A stretch of 64,000 nt of DNA. It comes from Candidatus Marinacidobacterium sp. (GTDB lineage: Bacteria > Acidobacteriota > Vicinamibacteria > Marinacidobacterales > Marinacidobacteraceae). The translations under genes were made by a program, and so were the position numbers. Positions 38,910 to 47,249 of the stretch are shown in pieces. The number at the start of each line of letters is the position of its first letter. Position 1 is the stretch's first letter. The notes beneath the pieces are model-generated. The model was not told the DNA's origin. It worked only from the letters and a program-made list of their open reading frames with translations, and ran no database searches. Location: assembly GCA_965220965.1 (NCBI GenBank), contig OZ244852.1:736001-800000 (forward strand), written 5' to 3'.

Positions 38910-40463
38910 GTGACCCGCGGCGCCTCCCCGGAGGCCGTCTCCCCGCCCGAGGTCGAGGAGCGGATCCAGGCGCTTCGGCGGAACCTCGAGGAGGCGGGCG
39001 CGCTCCTCGACCGGCTGCCGGAGGCGCCCGAGCCGCTGACCGCGGGGGAGCTCGCGGCGCTCGGGGCGTCCCGGCGGGGAGACGCTCCCGTCGTAGTGCC
39101 GCCGCCGCGCTTCGCGCCGGCCGGGAGCCTGGTTGCGGCGACCGGGGCGGTCCGCTCCGGGAAGGTCTCGGCCGTCGAACTCGTCGAGGAGGCGCTGGCG
39201 CGGGCGGAAGCGGCCTCCGACCTGAACGCCTTCGTGCTGCTGCGGGCCGAAGCGGTCGAGGACGCCCGCCGACGCGACGCCGCCGAAGACGGCCCGCTGC
39301 AGGGCGCTCCGCTCAGCGTCAAGGACATCGTGGATGTGGCGGGGCTCCCGACGACGTCCGGTTCGAAGTTCCCGCGCGACGCGGCGGTGAGCGCCCCCGC
39401 CTGGAAGTCGCTGGAAGCGGCGGGCGCCGTCCTTCTGGGGAAGAACAACCTCGTCGAGTTCGCGTTCGGTGTCCACGGGCTGAACCCCACCTTCGGCCGG
39501 ACGCGGAACCCGCGCGATCCGGCGCGCATTCCCGGGGGTTCGTCCTCCGGCTCGGCGGCCGCGGTCGCCGCCGGGATCGGCTACGGCTCGGTGGGCACCG
39601 ACACCGGCGGCTCGATCCGGATCCCTGCGGCGCTGACCGGGGTGTTCGGGCTGAAGCCGACCTACGGGGCGGTCTCCCGCGCCGGGGTGACGCCGCTCTC
39701 GTGGAGCCTCGACCACGTCGGGCCGCTGGCGCGGACGGCGGCCGACCTCGATCTCCTCTGGAGCGTCATGGGGCCGCGCCCGGTGGCGGCGCTGGAGCCC
39801 CCGAAGTCCGGGTCGAGACCGCTTCGCGGCGTCCGGATCGGCGTTCCGGAGAACCACTTCTTCACCGACCTGATCCGTCCGGCCCGTGAGGCGACGGAGC
39901 GTGTGGCGAGGGCGCTCGTACGCCTCGGCGCCGAGCGGGTCCGGGTCGAAGTCCCCGAGGTGGAACTCGCGGGGCCGGCTCGGACCGCGATCGCTTTCGC
40001 CGAGGCCGCGAGCGTCCACTCCCTGCGGCTGAAGACCCGGCCGCGGGACCTGAGCCCGGAGGTCGCGACGCTTCTTCGGGTCGGCCAGCGCCTGACCGCT
40101 TCCGACGTTCTCACCGCGCTCCGGGTCCGGCGGCTGGTCACCGAGGCCCTCGACCGGGTGTTCGGCGCCGTGGATGTCCTGCTGACTCCCACCGCGCCCG
40201 CCGGGGCGCCCCGGGCGGGAGAGCCCCTGCTCGCCACCGGGGAGCCGCTCCGGACCGGGCTCATGCGGTTCGTCGGCCCCTTCAACCTGAGCGGGCATCC
40301 GGCGCTCTCGCTGCCCGCGGGCGCCGACGACTCCGGAATGCCCCTCGGCGCGCAGCTCGTGGGGCCGCTCGCCGGTGAGTCCACGATTCTCCGGCTCGCC
40401 GGGTTCCTCGAGGCGGCCGGCGAGCTTCCCGCGGCCGAGGGCGGGGAGGGAGCCTCGGAGTAG
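38910..40463 (+). CDS. Amidase signature family protein
   Basis: VKD, GKNNLVEFA, GGSSSGS, GTDTGGSIRIPA, GLKPTYG. Confidence 0.93.
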   Translation: MTRGASPEAVSPPEVEERIQALRRNLEEAGALLDRLPEAPEPLTAGELAALGASRRGDAPVVVPPPRFAPAGSLVAATGAVRSGKVSAVELVEEALARAEAASDLNAFVLLRAEAVEDARRRDAAEDGPLQGAPLSVKDIVDVAGLPTTSGSKFPRDAAVSAPAWKSLEAAGAVLLGKNNLVEFAFGVHGLNPTFGRTRNPRDPARIPGGSSSGSAAAVAAGIGYGSVGTDTGGSIRIPAALTGVFGLKPTYGAVSRAGVTPLSWSLDHVGPLARTAADLDLLWSVMGPRPVAALEPPKSGSRPLRGVRIGVPENHFFTDLIRPAREATERVARALVRLGAERVRVEVPEVELAGPARTAIAFAEAASVHSLRLKTRPRDLSPEVATLLRVGQRLTASDVLTALRVRRLVTEALDRVFGAVDVLLTPTAPAGAPRAGEPLLATGEPLRTGLMRFVGPFNLSGHPALSLPAGADDSGMPLGAQLVGPLAGESTILRLAGFLEAAGELPAAEGGEGASE

Positions 40464-40473
40464 GATTGGGCCG

Positions 40474-41259
40474 ATGCTGCTCGAGGGAAAGCGCGGACTC
40501 ATCGTCGGCGTGGCGAACCGTCGTTCGTTCGCCTGGGGGATCGCCCGCTCGGCTTCCCGGGAGGGCGCCGCGCTCGCGTTGAGCTTCCAGAACGAACGAT
40601 TGGCAAGGAACGTGGACAAGCTGGCGGAGCAGATCCCCGGCGCGATCACCCTGCCGCTGGATGTCGCGGAGGACGCCTCGCTGGACGCGGCGCGGGACCT
40701 CGTCGCGGAGCGCCTCGGCGGGCTCGACTTCCTCGTCCACTCGGTCGCCTTCGCGCAACGCGAAGACCTGGTTGGGGATTTCCTGTCCACCTCCCGCGAG
40801 GGCTTCGCCGTCGCGCACGAGATTTCGGCGTTCTCGCTGACCGCGCTCGCGCAGCGCTTCGCACCGCTCCTCGAGGCCGACGGAGGCGGCGCGGCGCTCA
40901 CGCTCAGCTACCTCGGAGGCGAGCGCGCGGTGCCCCACTACAACGTCATGGGGGTGGCCAAGGCGGCGCTCGAGTCCTCGGTGCGGTACCTGGCGAGCGA
41001 GCTCGGGCCACGGGGCATCCGGGTGAACGCGATCTCGGCGGGCCCCGCCCGGACGCTTGCGGCTTCGGCGGTGGCGGGGATCGGCCGGATGGTCGACCAC
41101 TACCAGACCTACGCCCCGCTGCGCGCGGGGACCGATCCGCTCGAGGTGGGGGACGCCGCCGCGTTCCTCCTCTCGGATCACGCTCGCGGCGTCACCGGGG
41201 AGGTGCTCCACGTGGACAGCGGATTCCACGCCATCGGCGCCCAGATTCCCGGGATGTGA
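40474..41259 (+). CDS. fabI: Enoyl-ACP reductase
   Basis: GVANRRSFAWGIA, VHSVAFA, YNVMGVAKAALE, NAISAGP. Confidence 0.95.
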   Translation: MLLEGKRGLIVGVANRRSFAWGIARSASREGAALALSFQNERLARNVDKLAEQIPGAITLPLDVAEDASLDAARDLVAERLGGLDFLVHSVAFAQREDLVGDFLSTSREGFAVAHEISAFSLTALAQRFAPLLEADGGGAALTLSYLGGERAVPHYNVMGVAKAALESSVRYLASELGPRGIRVNAISAGPARTLAASAVAGIGRMVDHYQTYAPLRAGTDPLEVGDAAAFLLSDHARGVTGEVLHVDSGFHAIGAQIPGM

Positions 41260-42578
41260 CGGTGGCCGGGAGTCGGCGGCCCGCGCCGGACGTTCCCGAA
41301 GACGCGGGAGAGCCTGCGTTTCGGGCTGAGCGGGAGGCGCCGGACGCCGGGCGGGCGCTGATCTACGACTGGAACCGGCCGGACCCGGCGAACGCCTGGT
41401 TCCCGCCGAAGCCGGTCCTGCTGAACGACGAGACGCTGCGGGACGGACTCCAGAGCCCGTCGGTCGTCTCGCCCTCGCTCGACCGGAAGATCGAGGTCCT
41501 CCACCTGATGGAGGAGCTCGGCATCGCCTCGGCGGACATCGGTCTGCCGGCGGCGGGGCCGCATGTCGAGGAGCAGGTCTTCCATCTGGCGCGCGAGATC
41601 GCCGACAACCGGATGAAGATCCGCCCGAACTGCGCCGCCCGGACCCTCGTTCCGGACATCGAGCCCATCGCGCGGGTGTCCGACCGGGTCGGGATCCCGA
41701 TCGAGGTGGCGATGTTCATCGGCTCCAGCCCGATCCGGCAGTACGCCGAGGACTGGGATCTGGACCTGCTGCTGCGCCACACCCGCACCGCGGTCTCCTG
41801 GGCCGCCGCGCACGGCGTTCCCCCGATGTACGTCACCGAGGACACGACCCGCGCCCATCCGGAGAGCGTCCGCCGCCTCTACACCGAGGCGGTCGAGGCC
41901 GGCTCCCGCCGGGTGGTCGTCTGTGACACGGTGGGGCACGCCACGCCCGACGGGGTGACCCGGCTGCTGCGTTTCGTTCGCGAGGTCATCGCCGCCACCG
42001 GGGAAGAGGTCCAGATCGACTGGCACGGTCATCGGGACCGCGGCCTTTCCGTTCCCAACTCGCTGACCGCGATCGAGGCGGGCGCCGACTGCGTTCACGG
42101 CACCGCGATCGGGATCGGCGAGCGATGCGGGAACACGCCGATGGACCAGCTCCTCGTGAACCTGAAGCTCCTTGGCTGGATCCCGAACGACCTCTCGCGC
42201 CTGCGCGACTACTGCCGGGCGGTCGCCGAGGCGACCGGGGTGCCCATCCCCGCCGGCTATCCGGTCGTCGGCAAGGACGCCTTCCGCACCGGGACCGGCG
42301 TCCACGCCGCGGCGATCATCAAGGCGATGGCGAAAGGGGACGACTGGCTCGCCGACCGGGTGTATTCCGGCGTGCCCGCCGGAGACTACGGGCTGCGCCA
42401 GCGCGTCGAAGTGGGTCCGATGAGCGGGCTCTCGAACGTCGTCTACTGGCTGCAGCAGCGCGGCTACGAACCCACCGACGAGCGGAAGCACCGCATCTTC
42501 CGCGCCGCGAAGGAGACGAACCGGATTCTCACCGACGGGGAGATCGAAGCGATCCTCAGCGAGGTCGGCGCCGGTTGA
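41256..42578 (+). CDS. LeuA/DRE-TIM family acetyl-CoA-condensing synthase without regulatory domain
   Basis: DETLRDGLQ, CDTVGHATP, WHGHRDRG, GIGERCGN; GTGA overlap with fabI. Confidence 0.88.
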   Translation: MTVAGSRRPAPDVPEDAGEPAFRAEREAPDAGRALIYDWNRPDPANAWFPPKPVLLNDETLRDGLQSPSVVSPSLDRKIEVLHLMEELGIASADIGLPAAGPHVEEQVFHLAREIADNRMKIRPNCAARTLVPDIEPIARVSDRVGIPIEVAMFIGSSPIRQYAEDWDLDLLLRHTRTAVSWAAAHGVPPMYVTEDTTRAHPESVRRLYTEAVEAGSRRVVVCDTVGHATPDGVTRLLRFVREVIAATGEEVQIDWHGHRDRGLSVPNSLTAIEAGADCVHGTAIGIGERCGNTPMDQLLVNLKLLGWIPNDLSRLRDYCRAVAEATGVPIPAGYPVVGKDAFRTGTGVHAAAIIKAMAKGDDWLADRVYSGVPAGDYGLRQRVEVGPMSGLSNVVYWLQQRGYEPTDERKHRIFRAAKETNRILTDGEIEAILSEVGAG

Positions 42579-42597
42579 ACCGCCTCTCCGGACCCCG

Positions 42598-44112
42598 GTG
42601 AAGCGTCCGGCGGCGCGGGCCCCCCGGCCGGCCGTCGCGGTCCAGCTCACCCGGGAGCGCGACGTGCTGCTCGTGCGCCGCTCCCCGGAGCTGCGGGCCT
42701 TTCCGGGGATGTGGGCCTTCCCCGGCGGCAAGGTGGCGGCGGCGGACCGCGAGGCGCCCGTCGAGGGAATCCGGGACGCCGGCGAGGCCGCCCGGCTCGC
42801 GGCGGCGGTGCGCGAGGTCTTCGAGGAGACCGGCGTCTTCCTCGCGCGGGCCGCGCGGCCCCTCGGGACGGACGCCCGGCGGGCGCTTCGGAAGGAGCTG
42901 CTGGCCGGCGCCATCGGGACCGCCGAGCTCCTCGCTCGCGCCGAGGCGCGGATCCACGCCGCAGACTTCGCCGCGGTCGCCGATCGGATGACGCCCGGGT
43001 GGGCGCCGTTCCGGTTTGCGACGCGGTTCTATCGCTGCCGGACGCCCGCGGGCGAGGTTCCCGAGGTGTGGCCCGGCGAGATCGTCGAGACCGCGTCGCT
43101 CACGCCGGCGGCGGCGCTTCGGCGCTGGCTCAACGGTCGGATGCCGCTGGCGCCGCCGGTCATCGGCCTTCTCGAGCGATGGTCGTGGGATGACCGGGAG
43201 TACGAGGGAAGAAACCGCGAAGCGGGCCTTCCCGAGCCGGGCGTCCTGCCGTTGACCCGCGCCTCACCCGGCGTCGCGATCATCGCCTGCCGGACCCCGA
43301 CGCTGCCCCCCGCAACCCATACGAACGCGGTCTTCATCGGGGAGGAGCACTGCTTCCTGGTGGACCCCGCGCCGGTGGATCCCGGGGAACGGGCGGGCCT
43401 CTTCGCCCGGGTGGACCGTCTCCTCGCGGAGCGCGGCGGAAATCTCGCCGCCGTGCTGGTGACCCATCACCATCCGGACCACACCGGGTCCGTGCTTCAG
43501 GCGGCGAGGCGCTACGGCGCGCCGGTCGCCGCCCACCCCGAGACCCTCGCCCGGATGCCGCCGGTCCCCGGCGCCGTGTTGCGGCTCGAGGGCGGCGAGT
43601 CGTTTCCCCTCGGGGCATCGCCCGACGGGAAGCCCGGATGGCGCCTCGCGGTCCGCTTCCTGCCGGGACACGCTCCCGGGCACCTCGCGTTCGTGGAGAA
43701 CCGTTACGGGACGATCCTCGCCGGGGACATGGTGTCCTCGCTCTCCTCGGTGCTGATTCCGCCGGAGGACGGAGACCTCGGCCAGTACATGGAGTCGCTC
43801 CGGGAGCTGGCCGGGGAGTGCGAGGGGGCGGTGGTTCCCGGGCACGGCCCCCCGGTCGTCGAGGGGCGGAGGCTCCTCGAGGGCCAGCTTCGCCACCGCG
43901 AGGCGCGCGAGGAGAAGCTGCTGAAGGCGCTGGGCGCGGCGCCCCTCGGCCTCCGCGAGCTCGGCGTCGAGGTGTATCCCGCCACCGAGGTTCCGGCGTC
44001 GGGACCGGTGCGCGACCTGGCGCTGGCGTCGCTGACCTCGGGGCTCAGGAAACTCGAGCGCGAGGGCAGGGCGGTCCACGACGGCGGCCGTTGGTCCAGG
44101 CCGCCGTCGTAG
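42598..44112 (+). CDS. NUDIX plus metallo-beta-lactamase-fold (LACTB2-like) fusion
   Basis: FPGG...AAVREVFEETG Nudix box; TPTLPPATHTN, THHHPDH, GHAPGH, AGD, PGHG. Confidence 0.9.
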   Translation: MKRPAARAPRPAVAVQLTRERDVLLVRRSPELRAFPGMWAFPGGKVAAADREAPVEGIRDAGEAARLAAAVREVFEETGVFLARAARPLGTDARRALRKELLAGAIGTAELLARAEARIHAADFAAVADRMTPGWAPFRFATRFYRCRTPAGEVPEVWPGEIVETASLTPAAALRRWLNGRMPLAPPVIGLLERWSWDDREYEGRNREAGLPEPGVLPLTRASPGVAIIACRTPTLPPATHTNAVFIGEEHCFLVDPAPVDPGERAGLFARVDRLLAERGGNLAAVLVTHHHPDHTGSVLQAARRYGAPVAAHPETLARMPPVPGAVLRLEGGESFPLGASPDGKPGWRLAVRFLPGHAPGHLAFVENRYGTILAGDMVSSLSSVLIPPEDGDLGQYMESLRELAGECEGAVVPGHGPPVVEGRRLLEGQLRHREAREEKLLKALGAAPLGLRELGVEVYPATEVPASGPVRDLALASLTSGLRKLEREGRAVHDGGRWSRPPS

Positions 44113-44122
44113 ACGAGCCGGG

Positions 44123-45430
44123 CTACTCCGGAGCGCTCCCCGGGACCGTGTTCCCGGCGATGACGACCCGGGAGATCGTACGGAGCGCCGCGATGTCCTC
44201 GAGGGGGTTGTCGTCGAGCACGATGAAGTCGGCCCAGTTCCCCGGGACGAGCGAGCCGACCCCGGCGAGGTCGAGGCACTCGGCCGCAACGCCGGTGGCC
44301 GAGCGGAGGATCTGCTCGGCGGTGAGTCCGGCTTCCGCCATCTCCCCGGTCTCGATGTGCTCGAAGTACCCCTGGAAGCGCGCCGCCGGCCCGGTGTCCG
44401 TCCCGAACGCGATCGGGATCCCGGCGTCGGCGACCGCCTTCAGGTTCGCCATCGCGATCGGGTAGTGCTCGCGGTAGCCCTGCGCCGCGGGGCTCGCCGC
44501 GACCGCCGCCATCCGCTCCGGATCCTGGAGCTGCTCGATGACCTCGGGATCGGCGTCCTTGAGGAAGAAGGGGTCGTCGAAGAACTCGGGAACGTCCGCG
44601 TAGACGAAGGTCGAGATCTCCCGCACCAGCGTCGGCGAGTAGCAGACGCCGGTCTCCTCCATCAGGTCGAGGAACTCCTGGTCGACCGGCTGGTCGCGGA
44701 CGCTGTGGGCGATGAGGCCCGAGCCGGCCTCGAGGACTTCCTTGGCGTCATCCAGGTAGAAGATGTGGGTGGTCACCCGCTTGCCGGCCTCTTCCCCGAG
44801 TTCCATGACCCGCTGGATCGTCTCGGAGGCGACGCGTTCGTTCGCGCCCAGGTTCGTGTCCACCCGCATCTTGAGGAAGTCCGCGGGAAGCGCCAGGCTC
44901 CGGCCGACGGATTCCTCCGCCTCCTCCGGAGTTCCCGAGGAGATGACCTCCCCGGCGATCCAGATCCGCGCGCGGTCGAGCGAGTCGTCCTGTTCGTCCC
45001 GCAGCGCCGCCGCCTCCGGCCCGTCTCCGCCGAGCGAGGCGATGCTGGTGATCCCGTAGCGCGCGTAGAGCGCGAGCTGCCGGAGCAGGTTCTCCCGCGT
45101 GTAGTGCCCGCCTTCGAGGCCCATCACGTCGCTGACGTGGCCGTGGGCGTTGATGAACCCGGGGACCACCGTCTTGCCGGAGAGGTCTTCCATGGCGGCG
45201 CCGGGCGGCGCCTCCACCTCCGAGGCGGGGCCCACCGCCGTGATCCGGCCGTGATCCACCACGATGACCGCGTCTTCGATGACGGGCGCACCCGTCCCGT
45301 CCCACACCGCTGCGCCGGTGAAGGCGGTGACGCCTGGCAGGGGCTCCGGCTCGCCGGCGCAGCCGGCCACCAGTCCGGCGGCGGCCAGGGCGGGGAGGAT
45401 GAGCCTTCGGGTCGAGGGGCGGGCGCGCAT
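44123..45430 (-). CDS. Amidohydrolase family lipoprotein
   Basis: Lipobox VAGC; PGFINAHGH, THI, AHS, FGTD, GSLVPGNWADFIVL. Confidence 0.9.
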   Translation of the reverse strand: MRARPSTRRLILPALAAAGLVAGCAGEPEPLPGVTAFTGAAVWDGTGAPVIEDAVIVVDHGRITAVGPASEVEAPPGAAMEDLSGKTVVPGFINAHGHVSDVMGLEGGHYTRENLLRQLALYARYGITSIASLGGDGPEAAALRDEQDDSLDRARIWIAGEVISSGTPEEAEESVGRSLALPADFLKMRVDTNLGANERVASETIQRVMELGEEAGKRVTTHIFYLDDAKEVLEAGSGLIAHSVRDQPVDQEFLDLMEETGVCYSPTLVREISTFVYADVPEFFDDPFFLKDADPEVIEQLQDPERMAAVAASPAAQGYREHYPIAMANLKAVADAGIPIAFGTDTGPAARFQGYFEHIETGEMAEAGLTAEQILRSATGVAAECLDLAGVGSLVPGNWADFIVLDDNPLEDIAALRTISRVVIAGNTVPGSAPE

Positions 45431-45530
45431 GGGGAGTTCCTCCGGGCGCTCGAATATACCCGGACATCTCCGGGATGGCCCCTCCCGGGCTGTTCCCCGG
45501 GAATCCGTTCCGGCGGTAGGGTTCGCGGTC

Positions 45531-46439
45531 GTGACCGTCGCCGCCGCGCCTTCGCAGTTCCGCCCGGGGGTTCCCAGCATGTGCGGGCGGCTGCGCTCCG
45601 CGCTCCTCATCGACCCGGCGGCTGGCGGCTGGGGACCCGCCTCGCCCTGGCGGGAGCTCGGATACGTCACCCCGCCCGACGCCGAGGCCGCTCTCCGTCA
45701 GCACGGCGAGCTGGCGCGGGCGCTTGAGGACTTTGGGGTCGAGCTTCTGCGTCCGGATCCCGAGCTGTCGCTCGAGGGCCTCACCCCGGACGCCGTCTAC
45801 TGTCACGACGCCTCGTTCCCGACCTCGCGCGGCATGGTGCTCATGCGGATGGGGAAGGAGCTTCGTCGCGCGGAGCCCGCCTTCCACGAGGCGCTCTTCG
45901 AACGCGCCGGTGTCCCGGTCATCGGCCGCATCGAGCCGCCGGGGCTGGCCGAAGGGGGAGACCTCGTCTGGCTCGACGACCGCACGGTTCTCGCCGGTGA
46001 GGGCTACCGCACGAACGCGGAGGGCATCGCGCAGCTCCAGGGCCTGCTGGGTCCGGACGGCGTCGAGGTCCTCACGGCGCCGCTGCCCCACGGGGAGGGC
46101 CCGAAGGCCTGCCTCCACCTCATGTCGCTGCTCAGCGTGCTCGACCGGCATACGGTCGTCGCCGATCCGCACTATCTGGGGGTTCCGACGCTCCGGTTCC
46201 TCGCCCGGCGCGGCTTCACGGTCGTTCCCATCGTCGAGGAGGAGCGCGCCACGATGGCGGCGAATGTCCTCGCGCTCGGCGACGGGGCGCTCGTCGCCCT
46301 CGCCGCCAACGGCCGAACCAACCAGCGGCTCCGCGAGGCCGGATTCCGCGTCGCCACCTACGAGGGCGGCGAGATCAGCGCGAACGGCGCCGGCGGTCCG
46401 ACCTGCCTCACCCGGCCGCTGCTGCGGGAGGCGCCGTGA
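45531..46439 (+). CDS. Pentein superfamily enzyme (DDAH/arginine deiminase/amidinotransferase-like)
   Basis: DAVYCHD, AEGGD, YRTN, CLHLMS, GGPTCLTRPLLR; start GTG 45531 is inferred. Confidence 0.9.
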   Translation: MTVAAAPSQFRPGVPSMCGRLRSALLIDPAAGGWGPASPWRELGYVTPPDAEAALRQHGELARALEDFGVELLRPDPELSLEGLTPDAVYCHDASFPTSRGMVLMRMGKELRRAEPAFHEALFERAGVPVIGRIEPPGLAEGGDLVWLDDRTVLAGEGYRTNAEGIAQLQGLLGPDGVEVLTAPLPHGEGPKACLHLMSLLSVLDRHTVVADPHYLGVPTLRFLARRGFTVVPIVEEERATMAANVLALGDGALVALAANGRTNQRLREAGFRVATYEGGEISANGAGGPTCLTRPLLREAP

Positions 46440-46717
46440 ACCCCCGGGACCGGAACCGCGTCGCCGGCTGGATCGTCTTCGCCGCGTTCGCGGCGCTCAT
46501 GGCGTGGCTGGTCCTCTCCACCCTCCGGCTGGACGAGGCGCGCTGCGAGGTCACGATGGTGTTCGACGGTCGGGAGGCGACCGTGACCGCCCGCGGCGCG
46601 ACCGACACCGACGCCATCCGCGCCGCGATCACCGGCGCCTGCGCGCGGGTGGCCGACGGCCGGACCCGGAACATCCTGTGTCTGGACTCGCCGCCCCGCG
46701 CGGTTCGCTGCGAGTAG
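46436..46717 (+). CDS. Small membrane-anchored protein with four Cys (93 aa)
   Basis: GTGA overlap; N-terminal transmembrane helix; Cys in RCE, GAC, LCL, RCE. Confidence 0.75.
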   Translation: MNPRDRNRVAGWIVFAAFAALMAWLVLSTLRLDEARCEVTMVFDGREATVTARGATDTDAIRAAITGACARVADGRTRNILCLDSPPRAVRCE

Positions 46718-47249
46718 GTCGTCGCCCGCCGGTCCTCCCGGCCGGCCCCCCCGGAGGGAACGCCTCGATGCGGCCGTCGGGGTGAACCACGAGCGCGCCG
46801 ACCGGCCGGCCGAAGAGGGCCCGGGCGGCGCGCCGGTGGCGGCGGACCCGGTGTTCGCTGTCGTCCCCCTCGGGAACGAGGGTGACGACCGAGAGCGTGT
46901 CGTCCCGGTGATGGATCACCAGCGGGATGTGGACGACCCGGGCGCCGCCTTCACGCTCGGGGAGCGACACCCGGAGCCCGGTGGCGAGCCGCCCCTCGAG
47001 CCGTCCGCCGCGGCCCCGCTCGGCGAGCGCGGCGAGCGCCAGCCGCCGGGCTTCGGCGGCCACCAGGCGTCGCGCGCCGGGGTCGGGAACGAGTCGTTCG
47101 TCCGCCAGGACCAGCGCCGTCTCGAGGTCCGGCGCCTCCCCGCGCGCGTCGCCGCGCCGGAACAGCGTGTGCGCCAGGATCCGGACGGCGGCCGCCCGGC
47201 GCCGCTCTTCGGAGGCGCCCCGGGGGGCGCTCCGGCCGGCCTGCGTCAT
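46629..47249 (-). CDS. Degenerate PD-(D/E)XK-like domain, probably the split C-terminus of AddA
   Basis: ATGA overlap with the addA stop; ILAHTLF...PLVIHHRDDTLSVVTL...RAARALFG pattern; catalytic residues absent. Confidence 0.5.
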   Translation of the reverse strand: MTQAGRSAPRGASEERRRAAAVRILAHTLFRRGDARGEAPDLETALVLADERLVPDPGARRLVAAEARRLALAALAERGRGGRLEGRLATGLRVSLPEREGGARVVHIPLVIHHRDDTLSVVTLVPEGDDSEHRVRRHRRAARALFGRPVGALVVHPDGRIEAFPPGGPAGRTGGRRPTRSEPRGAASPDTGCSGSGRRPPARRRR

